From contig CAJNYD010000131.1 of the NCBI GenBank assembly GCA_905331295.1, forward strand, positions 1 to 64,000: a DNA stretch of 64,000 bases, in the 5' to 3' direction. The translations under genes were made by a program, and so were the position numbers. Shown one piece after another: positions 30,307 through 41,834 of the stretch (positions within the stretch are counted from its first letter, which is position 1; each line of letters starts with the position of its first letter). Under the pieces are notes generated by a model that worked only from the letters and a program-made list of their open reading frames with translations, searched no databases and was not told the DNA's origin. Origin of the DNA: Rotaria socialis (taxonomy: Eukaryota).

Positions 30307-32725
30307 TCAAGACTCAACATTTTTCTTTGGGAGTTTTTGATATTCAAACATAGAATCTAGTATTGTCCAAAGACAAGAACCTTGAGGATAATCATTATCC
30401 ACTAAATTAACCAGAAAATAAGTGTTTGCTATTTTTTCAATGATTGCATGTGAACGGGATTCTGGTTCATAGAGTTTACCCCAACGTTCAGTCCACAAAC
30501 TGAAAGCTTCATCCTATAAATAAGAAAATAATTTCATTTCGAAATAAATCTTTTTTTTCTGTCCAAAATCATTACCTTCCAAATCATAAAACTAACAGGA
30601 TCAACAACTGTTGGTTGAACGATTTCTTTGCCCGCAAAAACACCCCATGTTACTGCAATTGGTTGTTCATCATCTGTATTTGTTTCATTAGCTTCACCCT
30701 AGAAAAATTCATACTAATTAGAAAAGAGAACAATAATCAAATAGGCTCTTACTGATTTATTCACAAAATGATAATTAACACCGGGAAACGTTTTTAGAAC
30801 AGAACGTAATGCTGGAATATTTTCTGCGCTTGTAAAGAATTCCAAATAAGCCTAAGGATTTAAACAAAAATTATACATAAAATAAGAAGAAAAAAAAAAC
30901 TTCTTACCTTTTGATAAACGTAACCATTAGGTGTACCCCAGCCAACAACTGGATCAGAACTTGATTTTCCATTAACAGCTGGTTGAGAATTAATTGTTAA
31001 AATTCCTCGTTTATTGAATTCAACTAAATTTTTTTGAATTAATGTTGTCTCTGCTGATAATTCTTCGTCTGTCCATGGAAAACGACGAACAACTTTATCT
31101 ATACTATTTTTCTCTCCACCAATGTAGCAGGCAAACATTTTCCAGACATCTTGTTCACAAGTTAATTCACGTCCCCATTCATCAAGTAATTCATCACGTG
31201 TTGCATCAATTTTCATATAGAATAAATGGTAATCAGTTAATACACCGAATGACGGTGCCGACGATATACCCCAACGTCCATTTGGAAATTCGTTCCAATT
31301 CGAAGTACGATGAACATATGATTTTGGTCTTATACTCCAAAATATTGGTCGAACATTTTCTTGTGAACGTGCGTGACTAAATGAAGTTTTTTTCCAAGGT
31401 AGTGCACGCAATGATTGTTCGTCTAACCAAAGGCCAAGTCTTTTTAATATTTCAATCGTTGCAAATTCTCGATTTAATGTGTAAAAATGAAGACCATTAA
31501 CTTTACCAGAATCTAATAGAGCGCAACATAAATCTAGACATGCTTGAACACCAAAATTACGTATGGCTTCATCGTTATCTTTTATTGGTTCAATACAAGC
31601 GAGAATTTCTTTAGGTATATCAAGTTTAGCCAATCGAACAATATTGCGAAGACTGGCATAGCCCTAAGAATGATTTGTGTTTTTCAATTTTCAAGTTAAA
31701 AATAACAGAATTCTAAACGCTCTTACTTGAATAGGTAATATTCCAGGAATAATAGGACATTTTATTCCAATAGAACGACAATCAGATTCAAATTTAATGA
31801 ACGTTTCCGCTTGAAAGAAAAGTTGTGTTATAATAAAATCTGCACCACAATCGATTTTCTCTTTTAAATAATCTAGATCATCTTCATAAGATGTCGAATC
31901 GGGATGTCCTTGTGGGTAACCTGAGTTGAAACAAAAAGCATCAGTAAAGGTTCAATGATTCGAGGAAAAAACATGTCATCTTACCAGCAACACAAATTAC
32001 GAAATAGTCTCCGAAATGCTGTCGAATAAATTTAACTAAATCAAGTGCATATCGAAAATCACTCTTTGCTGGATTCCATTCTTCACCTACATGCGGATCT
32101 AAACGAAACTAGTGCGTTAGATATGATTAACATATTTCAAGAAAATCTACCTCCTCGTAATGCTAATAAACTTCTAATTCCACAATCTTTTGCTTTATAG
32201 AGATATTCAAGCATAGCTGCCTTCTTAGCACCATAGCATGTTATATGTAGCATCGTATCGATTCCACAATAATTTAACATTGTATTTGCTATCATCATTG
32301 AACTTGTTTCTTTATCACCAGCTGGATCACCTGCTGGATGCCATGTTATATCACAAAATAATGGTCGACCGGCTGCCATTCGATCAAAACTGAATTTTTA
32401 ATAATGAGAAAAACAAAAAAGACACTTCTTCAGTAGAACAAAATCTTTACCATCCGATAAGATTGGCAGCACCACTTGGTGTTCTTGGTGGAAAAAATTC
32501 GAGTGAAAACCACCGATCATTATCAGCAATGCGTTTGGAAATTTTTTCAGTTAAACTTACATATTTAGCAGATTGAAGAGAACAAATTTTCCCAGCTATA
32601 TTAGCACCTTCACTTTCAATGCGCTTAAGTCTATTTAAATTGTGTATTGATTCAAGATGAGTTTCATGAGCATGCATTTTGCAATCACCAGGGACAGTCT
32701 GATTGTCACCAAGTGTAAATTCCAT
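30307..32725 (-). CDS. MTHFR: Methylenetetrahydrofolate reductase, eukaryotic type with C-terminal SAM-binding regulatory domain, about 8 exons
   Basis: [107 protein letters not shown]; frames join across GT-AG introns. Confidence 0.98.
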
Positions 32726-33794
32726 TTATGTTTGAAATTAACGTACCTATATATATTCGTATGAAACGTTTTTCTCTGTATATTTAAGTAACAATAGAAA
32801 TATTGCCCTCAATTTGTTCTTATATATATATATATATATTTGGTCGTGTTATCAATAGACTTCAAACAGGTGTTTATAGTAATATTCTGAAGAAAGAGAA
32901 AAAATAATGTTTTCAACAGAATGATGATAAATAAATAAAAAAGCAATATAGTTGAAAACAAAATAGTTTGGCGTTTTTCGCACGCTTCGTTGAAACTTCA
33001 CTGTCTTGTATTACGATTGTATAATAAATTAGAACGAAAATATGTGACCTCGCTGTTTACGAAAAGAAAAGAAAAGAGAACGAAAAACCAACTCTAAGTG
33101 GATACGAAATTTATCCATTGAAACAGTTGAATGCCTTTCAATGGAGGTCGCCATGAAACATTCTATTAATTTAAATCCGATGTGTTGAACAATAATCTTC
33201 TATTTCGGTTCATATAATTCAGTAATATTCATTCTACAAACAACTGTTTTAAAAACCCCAAAAAAAGGAAATTTATTTTTTACTAAAAATTGACAAGTAC
33301 ATGAATAAGTCAACATATCATACACTTGAAAGTTTATATGCGGTGAGAAGGAGAAAAGGAAGGTGACAAATACAAAAGCACTTTCATGTTCTATATAGAT
33401 AAGAATTGAAAAGAAAAAACAGTGTTGATTCGACAAAAGGAATTAATAGATTAATCTTTCAAGACAAATAATATCTAGTAGCAAATGAGATGTGTAACTT
33501 AGTAAGTATTTATTGCTCATATAAATTCAAGCATAAAGAAAAATATTCGACTTCAAGTTTTTATTTAACAATAGTTTTTTTAGAGAAAACATAAAACTTA
33601 ACTTTGCAAATGTTCGAGAGAACAATGAAAACAAATGAAATTGTGTTGTTGTTCTGTCTTTCTCGCAGAAAAAGATTCTTTCATTTTCCGTTGACACGAC
33701 TTTACTTCTATCTTTCGTTGAATGATGGAGAAACTTTACAAATAATAAAAATTTCACATAGTTTTCTTCGTCTCATAGATTAATACGAAGAAAA

Positions 33795-35705
33795 ATGGCC
33801 AACAACATATCAAATAGTTCAACGTCAAAAACTGAAGATTCAGAACACATTGAAAGTAACAATACAAGATCAATTCGTCTCGTAGAAAATTTTTTAGTTA
33901 TTTGGCTTGATTCAAATATAAACGAAACGTCTGATGAATATCATCACGCAACTAATCAACTTCAACATTATGTAAATACAATTCAATTAGCTTCTGATCA
34001 AACCGAGTATATCGATTTGATAAAGAATACTAAAGATGTAAAAGTATTCATAATTGTTTCGGGTACTTTTGGCATAGATTTAGCTGATGTTATGCAAGTA
34101 ACACCTCAAATCTATTGTGTCTATGTTTATTGTGCTGAAAAGAAACATCATGAAGAATGGGCGAAACATCATCAAATAATAAAAGGTGTCTTTACTGATA
34201 TAGAAACTATTTGTGATGCTCTTCGACGTGACGTTCGTCGAGTAAATAACGATTTGATACCAATAAGTATTTTGCAATCGACAAGTTCAGATCAGTTCGA
34301 TCAATTATTTGCCTGCTCATTGATACTGAAAGAATTTCTAATCAATAGCGCATGTGAGCAACAGACAAAGAACAATTTTATGAAATTTTGCCGTTCTCAA
34401 CATAGAGGTAACTCTTATCAATCTAATATAATTAAGAAATATCAAGCAAAACCTAAAAAATTAACACCGATTCAATGGTATACTCGAGAATGTTTTTTAT
34501 ATTCGATGTTAAATCGAGCATTGAGATTATATGATATAGAAATTCTGACTCAAATTAAGTTTTTTGTTCAAGAAGTGAACGAACAAATTCAAAAAATATA
34601 TTCCCAATCAGATCAACAACACCCTCAGACTGTTTATCATGGACAAAATATTACGAATGATCTACTTTCAAAATTACAAAAAAATAAAAAAAGTTTAATT
34701 TCTTTCAATACATTTTTAATGGCGAATATGGATGAAAATTTAACACTAGATTTGCTTCAACAATCTCAAAATGATCCTAATTTAATAGCTGTTCTTTTCA
34801 AAATAGCTGTAGATCGATCGAAATCGTCATATCCATTTATTATATTAGATGAATTCGATTATTATCAAGATTCAGATCGATATGTACTTTTTTCGCTGAA
34901 TACAACATTTCAAATTGAGAATATTGAACAAATAAATGAGCAACTATGGGAAGTCAGATTAATTTTAGCTAAAGACACTAATAAAAAATTAAATACTATC
35001 AAGGAATGGATTGAAACAAAGTTTCGTGAATTAGATTCAATTCTTAGATTTGGTAAAATAATGATTGATATTGGTAAAACAGATAAAGCCGAAGAATTTT
35101 ATAAATTTTTACTTGAAAATTCAGATGAAGAGGATAAAGATGCGCTTGCTTATATTCATCGTAAACTCGGCTTCATCAAAGATCAAAAGAACGAACTGGA
35201 TGCTGCATATACTCATTATATGGAAAGTTATAGAATTCGATTAGATAGCGTTCTCGAGGATGATCCTCGTCTTTGCAAGATTTATGCTGGTATTGGTGCA
35301 GTTCAACGAAAACAAGGTCGTCATGATCGTGCTTTGGGATATTTCAATAAGGTTCTTGATATTCATAAAAATATTTCAAAGCCAAATCCATCAGTTCTAG
35401 CTTTTTGTTTATATAATATTGGTTTAATATTTTATCAACAAAAAAAATATGAGAAAGCACGAAAGAATTTTGAAAAAGCACTAAGAAATCAAAACGATGT
35501 GCTGTCATGTAATCGTGATTTGTTGACTAATATCCATAGTAGTCTATCGATGGTGTTTAATGATCTTGGTGAATATCAGAAGGCTATGGAACATGCTCAA
35601 CAAGCGTTAGAAATCGCTACTAGTATTATTGAATCTAATAATGAACGAATAGAAATCTATCAAAAGTCAATCAATCAACTCAAGGAAAAGATTAGCGAAC
35701 AATAA
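33795..35705 (+). CDS. 636-aa intronless protein: receiver-like alpha/beta N-terminal domain, degenerate ADP-ribosyltransferase (ART) fold, C-terminal TPR repeats
   Basis: N-domain FLVIWLD...FIIVSG...IYCVYVYC...IKGVFTD. ART-associated WYTRECFLYSMLNRALR, TVYHGQ, LISFNTFL, VLFKI, VLFSLNTTFQI. About 5 TPR units, e.g. YAGIGAVQRKQGRHDRALGYFNKVL and YNIGLIFYQQKKYEKARKNFEKAL. Confidence 0.85.
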   Translation: MANNISNSSTSKTEDSEHIESNNTRSIRLVENFLVIWLDSNINETSDEYHHATNQLQHYVNTIQLASDQTEYIDLIKNTKDVKVFIIVSGTFGIDLADVMQVTPQIYCVYVYCAEKKHHEEWAKHHQIIKGVFTDIETICDALRRDVRRVNNDLIPISILQSTSSDQFDQLFACSLILKEFLINSACEQQTKNNFMKFCRSQHRGNSYQSNIIKKYQAKPKKLTPIQWYTRECFLYSMLNRALRLYDIEILTQIKFFVQEVNEQIQKIYSQSDQQHPQTVYHGQNITNDLLSKLQKNKKSLISFNTFLMANMDENLTLDLLQQSQNDPNLIAVLFKIAVDRSKSSYPFIILDEFDYYQDSDRYVLFSLNTTFQIENIEQINEQLWEVRLILAKDTNKKLNTIKEWIETKFRELDSILRFGKIMIDIGKTDKAEEFYKFLLENSDEEDKDALAYIHRKLGFIKDQKNELDAAYTHYMESYRIRLDSVLEDDPRLCKIYAGIGAVQRKQGRHDRALGYFNKVLDIHKNISKPNPSVLAFCLYNIGLIFYQQKKYEKARKNFEKALRNQNDVLSCNRDLLTNIHSSLSMVFNDLGEYQKAMEHAQQALEIATSIIESNNERIEIYQKSINQLKEKISEQ

Positions 35706-37047
35706 ACTTTCGCATACTATAGATTGAATAACATACTGAAAAATCTATCCACGATTTGTAAGGAATGCACGTGTAAATAGTAAAATAAAATTTAACTATT
35801 AGTATTTATTGTTTGTTCTTTCGAAAAGATAAAAGGTGATGACTTCACCGTGTCGGTGATCTAACGGCTCGCACTAGCTGACAAATAGAATTCAATGTGA
35901 ATACGTATAGAATCTTACTAATAAGTTTTTGCAAAACATAGACAAGATATTAAAAGCGAGAAAGTTGCTTAGCAGGAAAAGGTCAGTCGTTTTTAGAACG
36001 ATTTTAATGTTCAATATACCGTTCTATCGTATCAATTGAGTACTGTAAGTGTGATTCTGAAGTATTTTAATGATATATAGACCCATTCATCATTAAAATC
36101 ACTTTCTACTATTCGCGATATTCAATGCAAATCTTTCCGAAGTTAAAATCGTCTTTTTCATTAATAATTCCTTTAGAAAAAATGAAAAACTTTACTGATA
36201 GACAACTGTGATAGCTCATAACAATCGAGTTCAATCAAATCCAACATTCTGTGTCCTTTCGTTAAAATTACACTTTTCAATACAGTCCAGTTTCAATATG
36301 AATCATTATTATTACACGATGATTTTCACCAGAATTATATTTTCTAAATATCACGTTCTCAGAAGGACAGTAGAGATCGAATTTATTTGATTAAAGCGAT
36401 TTTTTAATTTAGAGTTAATAAACCATAAAAGAAATGATTTCATCCCGTAGCGAAATTCTTTGAAATAAGTCACTGTTTTGCAATTTTTTACTTGAAATAT
36501 TAATGAGACCATGTTCGATGACGAAGTAATCTTTTCGATTGGTAAGTATGATTATACATCCTATCATTTTCCAACGCCAACCATAAACTGCTAGAGGACT
36601 GTTTTGTAATGCATTGGTAACACATGTTGGTCTTTTCTAGAAGGTTCTTGAATTTTTTTATTATGATGAATATTCCTTACGAATAATAAGACAAGGAATG
36701 TAAATAATTTTGTTTGCGTAGGATACGCATGCATTTGCAGCAGACTTTTCGCTTGAAATGAGTAAACCATGACACATCCGATTTTATTTCAAAGGAAAAA
36801 TATCGCATATTTGTTTTGGAGGAAAGCAATGACACGTTTTTTTCTTTCTTCCTCTATCGAACTGATGAAGTCCACCTCAGCATTGCAACATTCAACTGAT
36901 GATGTGCAAGATCTGGCGAAATATGGCATCAGAATTCACACGCACGTCTAAATAGTTTCATAAATATCGACGTTGCAACTTCATAGTGCTAACATATAGT
37001 TTTTAAACAGCTGTAAAGCACATAGTAATTACGTTTCATTCAGCACA

Positions 37048-37756
37048 ATGTCTTCATCATCAAAATCATCTCAACAATCTCTAAACACATTGCCCTTTTC
37101 ATCCAATGGCCAACAGACAACCCGATTCGTTATCGTCTCAAAAGTTTCGTTGGGTTACGATGAAAAAACATTATTGCACAGCTTAGGACATACTTATGTA
37201 GGTGTCGAACGCGTGTCTCGACTTTATGATCAAGATGAAAACCCGACTGATGAAATCCGAGTCGATTTCAAAACAGACAAAGAAACTATGAAGATTCTTC
37301 AGGCACAGTATATTTTTATCGATGGAAAAAAGTATCCCGCTCACAAATATCAGCCACTGGTCTGCCATCGATGTCAAAAAGAAGGACACTACGCTTCTCA
37401 ATGTCCTCGAAAACCTTTAACAGAAGAGAGGTTTCATGAATTGTTAGAAATGCAAAAGAAGTAAGTCGGTCACAAATAAAAACACGTGATCTATCTCTAG
37501 TTCTACTTTCTTTAGGCAATTGCAAAACATGATGGATAGTTTTGAAGCAAAATGGAATGCACGTTTATCGGAATTGAATGGTTCTTCGACAGGCACCAAT
37601 CTACAATCAATAGTACCGATTTGTAAAGATCTTACTACATTTTGTCAACAATTTAATCAGCAAAATATTCAAATGCAACGACAACTCGGATCGATTGTCA
37701 ACCGAGTGCAAAATATGCAAACTAATTCGAATATTCAACCAGTCCAGTCAAAATAA
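37048..37756 (+). CDS. 217-aa gag/LINE-ORF1-like protein (RRM-like region, CCHC zinc knuckle, coiled coil). Exons 37048-37460 and 37516-37756
   Basis: CHRCQKEGHYASQC fits CX2CX4HX4C and follows VERVSRL...IRVDF...IFIDG. A 55-bp gtaagt...tttag intron joins the two ORFs in frame (...EMQKK|QLQNMMDSFEAKW). The tail is Gln-rich with heptad spacing. Confidence 0.85.
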
Positions 37757-38435
37757 GCAAGACCAAAGAAACATTTTCAGTCCAGATATATTTAACTTGT
37801 ATAGAATCCTTGAATCTATATGTTCGTTTAATAAAAAATATGAGTTTGTCTTTGAAAAAAGACGGAGAAACAAAGCTGTGTATCAATAATTTGCACTTTG
37901 GTCGGCAAATTCCAATAGTATAGAATGACGTGGCACTGGAAGAAAATGAATACTCTTCCAACGAATGTAACGTCAGCTAACTTTTATATTTAAAAAAATT
38001 CTACATTTATTTATAGCCAATAAATTTCTTGGTAGTTTTATAATAGCGAAAAGCCCCTGTGGATGATAATTATGAGACTAATATAAAGACTAACATGCCC
38101 TGAGAAGAGAACGAATCTTTAAAATCCTCAGGTTTAATTGCTTTCAGCGATGGCGATCTTTTAAAAGAAATCTATTCCGATAACTCGCAAAGAATGATAT
38201 CATGGCTAGAAAAAAAATTGTCTTCAGAAAACAAATAGCCGCGAAATTAATATCAGTGTTGCAATGTTATTACAACTCAGACGGTAATTCGAATATCATC
38301 ATCAGACGTTTCTAATATTTACCCGCTGGTTAGGTTCGAACGTAGGACATCATTCCAACTGCGCTTTTCTCTCTACGGCTGAACCCATTCAATCGAAAGT
38401 TTCAATACTTCTTCTCGTAAAAGTTTTATTCGATT

Positions 38436-41400
38436 TTATACTGATATATCAATAACATCTTGTTCCGCGGCTATGTCACGAAAAAGTACATTAAAAACTT
38501 GATTATAAAAATTTGGATAGAAAGTACAAGCACGATAACAATCTGGTGTAAAATTAATTTCTAATAATTTCGGTTGTACTTTATTGTCTATCATTTCGAG
38601 CATCAAATCAGCAGCATATAGAGCTCTTGACGATGAACAAGAAGCAATACCGAATGGTGGTTCTTCGATAGATGCACATTGAAATATCTCTCTGAACATT
38701 TGAAATATTCGTTGTTCAACAATAGACCATTGTTCATTGTGACCATATTGTTCATTGTACATAGACGTAAATATGTGACAATTCATTTGCCGTAAAAATG
38801 CATTCGGTCGATAGTTCATCACTGTAAAATGTGTTTCATAATCGTCTAATTCCTTTAGTGAAAATGGTTTATTTGCAAAACGAAGCCAAAAAATTTTATG
38901 AACGTATAATTTCAATGGTCGTAAACTTCGTAAAAGAATAACATAACGTACATCGAATTTTATGCTTTGATTTTCCATTTCAGGTATTTTCAATAGAACA
39001 GGTGATGATACATATTTACATGCAATTTTCGGTCCTGATTCCGGTAAACGTATGATCATATCAAATGAATTTGTGACGGACATATCAATGGAACGTGTTA
39101 AATTTATTGGTTTGACTATCCATGTATTATCAAGCTGTTGATCTTCACGATACTAATCAGCAAAAAAATAGATATACAAAGATGAAATCTGGCGGACAAT
39201 TAAAAATTAATACTTGAAAGTAAACAGCAAATTGTGATAGTTCATATGTGAGATTAAATGTTGTTGCTAACCATGGAGGACTTCCATGTGAATCAATATA
39301 TGGATCATTGTCAGATGTTGATGAGCTAGAAGAAATTTCGAAGTACAATATTGAATGATGCCTCGAGTCGGAATGAAGAATATTGCTCTAGGTCAAAAAG
39401 CTTAGCTAATTTCAATGAAAACTAGATTCATATTAATAGAATTTTCTCGCATAGATAACGCAAACATTGATAAATTCAAAAACATACCCATTCAACGATT
39501 TCCATCGTCTTGCAGTAAGTGCCAATAATTCTTTATTTGTAATGATGTTTTCCAATGGAAATTGATTGATTAATTTATTCTCTATGGTTTCATGACGAAA
39601 TTCGTTTAACTGTTTCATAACAAATAATATATCGGCTTGATCAGGATCATCAATCAATTGATAATGTTTATCATTTAAATATTGTGTAACGAGTTCATGA
39701 TCTGTATAAACTTTCCAAACACGGTCCTGATCGATTTTGGTTGAGTCATTCATAAGAATCTGCTTTTTATCATACAAATCATGTTGATGACATTTTTCAA
39801 ATATGTCAAGACTATTTTGAAGCTTTTGATTGAATAATTCTGAACTATTTTCTATCGTTAAATGTCGAAGAAACGTTTTACGAGCATGTAAATGTTTCCA
39901 TGGTAATAATCGAATACTTCGATCTAATGTTTCATTATTATCGTAGACAAAATTACGGAAAATTTCTGTATACGGCTGTTCAATACGAACAATTGGATAG
40001 AATATTGAAAACATTGTTTGACTGGGTCCAAAGAAAAATGATGTACAACAAACATTAGCATTTGTATTTGAATGGCGAATTGATGAACCCAATTCATCCA
40101 TTATATACCTATGTAAAAACGAAACGTTAGATTTATTAAAAGAATATTAGTAGAAACAAGGAACTAGTGAGATTCTTATCATAGTAAAGTAAATTGGTTG
40201 GTCATGGAAAGGTTGAAAGAAAAAATATTGATGAAAGCGATATTTCCAAGAAATACAAACTCTATAATCGTTTCTTATTATTTGTCTCATGATTCTGTGA
40301 AGAAAATATCTGATAAAAACAAGCTAAAATAGACTTAAACATAGTATTCAACGACTGAAATGAGGTTGTACTTACTACAAATTGCTCATCTTCATCTAAT
40401 GAGAATTACGGATCGTCTCCGATTTTTTTTTAAGTCAATATATGGGGAGAGCGAAAATTGGTCGAACGAAAATTGATCGCCGATAATTGGTCGATACGAA
40501 AATTGGTCGAAAATTTTGTAATAGAAAAGCAAAAGCTTTTTCTTAAAGGGAAACTCTAAGTCCGAAGTGTATCTTGAGGGTGATGGTGTGGGTGAGGGCG
40601 AGGATGAGGGTGTAGGTGCGGCTGAGGTGGTCACCGTGTTCTCAAAACAGGTAACGTTACTAAAATAATTAGAAGGTCTTCTTCTAAAGTTCTAAACTAC
40701 TTTTCCTTTATTATGCATGCCTAATTTATTTGTCCGAATCACTATTTTCCTCTAATATTAACATGATATTGCAATTAGTGCTAGTTTCAGCTTTACACTA
40801 CAAAGTTCTGGCTGCTTTTTAAAGAAAAAGCTTTTGTTCTTCTATTACAAAATTTTCGACCAATTTTCGTATCGACCAATTATCGGCGACTAATTTTCGT
40901 TCGACCAATTTTCATTCGACCAATTTTCGTAGACCCCAATATATGTGATCGAAAACTTACCAATACGGTTCGTATGTTTCTTCACAATCTCGTTGTGTTT
41001 CAACTTGCGTTGATGTTAATGTATATGTTTGATTATATTTCCACATACGTTGTAGAATAAGTTCAATACCATCTTCTTTTGTTTCTGCATCAATATTCAT
41101 TAATGATGCCATACGCTCATATAAAGCCGGTATCGTCTTGAGATTATTTCGTGCATCTTTTATTCTATATGTCCAAGCATGATCAATAAGAAATATAGCA
41201 TTTTCATCATTATGCGGATCTAGAACAACATCTTCTAATGTCGATACATAATACCGACGTTCAGCATTATAGGTTCCTTCTAATTCTTCATCGTCGTCAT
41301 CAGCTGGACAAAGTTGAAAATATGATCCACTATCGAATATTTCATTGTGCATTTTTTCATATAAACGTCGATAGAAATGTTTTGGGATATTGTTGACTAC

Positions 41401-41454
41401 AAGTTGAAATTCGTGCGTTTGAAGAAAACGTTCATATTCATCGTTATCCGCCAT
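38436..41454 (-). CDS. TTLL12: Tubulin tyrosine ligase-like protein 12. Exons ~41454-40961, 40107-39489, 39326-39214, 39153-38436
   Basis: IFLIDHAWTYR, MWKYNQTY, PYW|YIMDELGSSIRHS, INQFPLENIITNKELLA, PWLATTFNL, WIVKPINLTRSID, KFDVRYVILLRS, LYAADLML, LLEINFTPDC. Confidence 0.95.
40444..40937. mobile_element. MITE (~494 bp) with ~100-bp repetitive TIRs in TTLL12 intron 1
   Basis: gggg...cccc termini; arrays of cgaaaattggtcg mirrored by cgaccaattttcg; perfect flanking direct repeat aatatat (7 bp, or caatatat 8 bp depending on the boundary). Confidence 0.9.
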
Positions 41455-41834
41455 GATCTATAAAGAATTCATTCTCAATGTATAAATCTTTTCTATTTTT
41501 AGTATTGTTCTTTTTCTTTTCTCATTTACAACACAGATAATCGAAATAAACATTAATAACAACAATGAAAAAGAAAAATTCTCATGTATGCACACGCACA
41601 AAATATTTAATAAAAAAAGGGAAAAAATGATAAAAAGCAGCGTGCATATAACTGACTTGTTGAGTTTTTGTCTATTGAATTTGAATAGAATATTAGGATC
41701 AGGAGAAAAAAAGAGACGAAGAAATTTGAATATCATCATTAACACAACAATTAGAAGCCAAGTGAGAACAAAAAAGTCTATTGTAATCCTATCTTGTTTA
41801 TATACTCTTCAAAGAACTGTTAGGAAAAAGAAAA

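Noticed and set aside
31042..31380. Antisense ORFs over MTHFR (likewise 54885-55226 over PDCD4, 42735-43327, 63612-63965)
   Set aside because: Shadow frames of real exons on the opposite strand.
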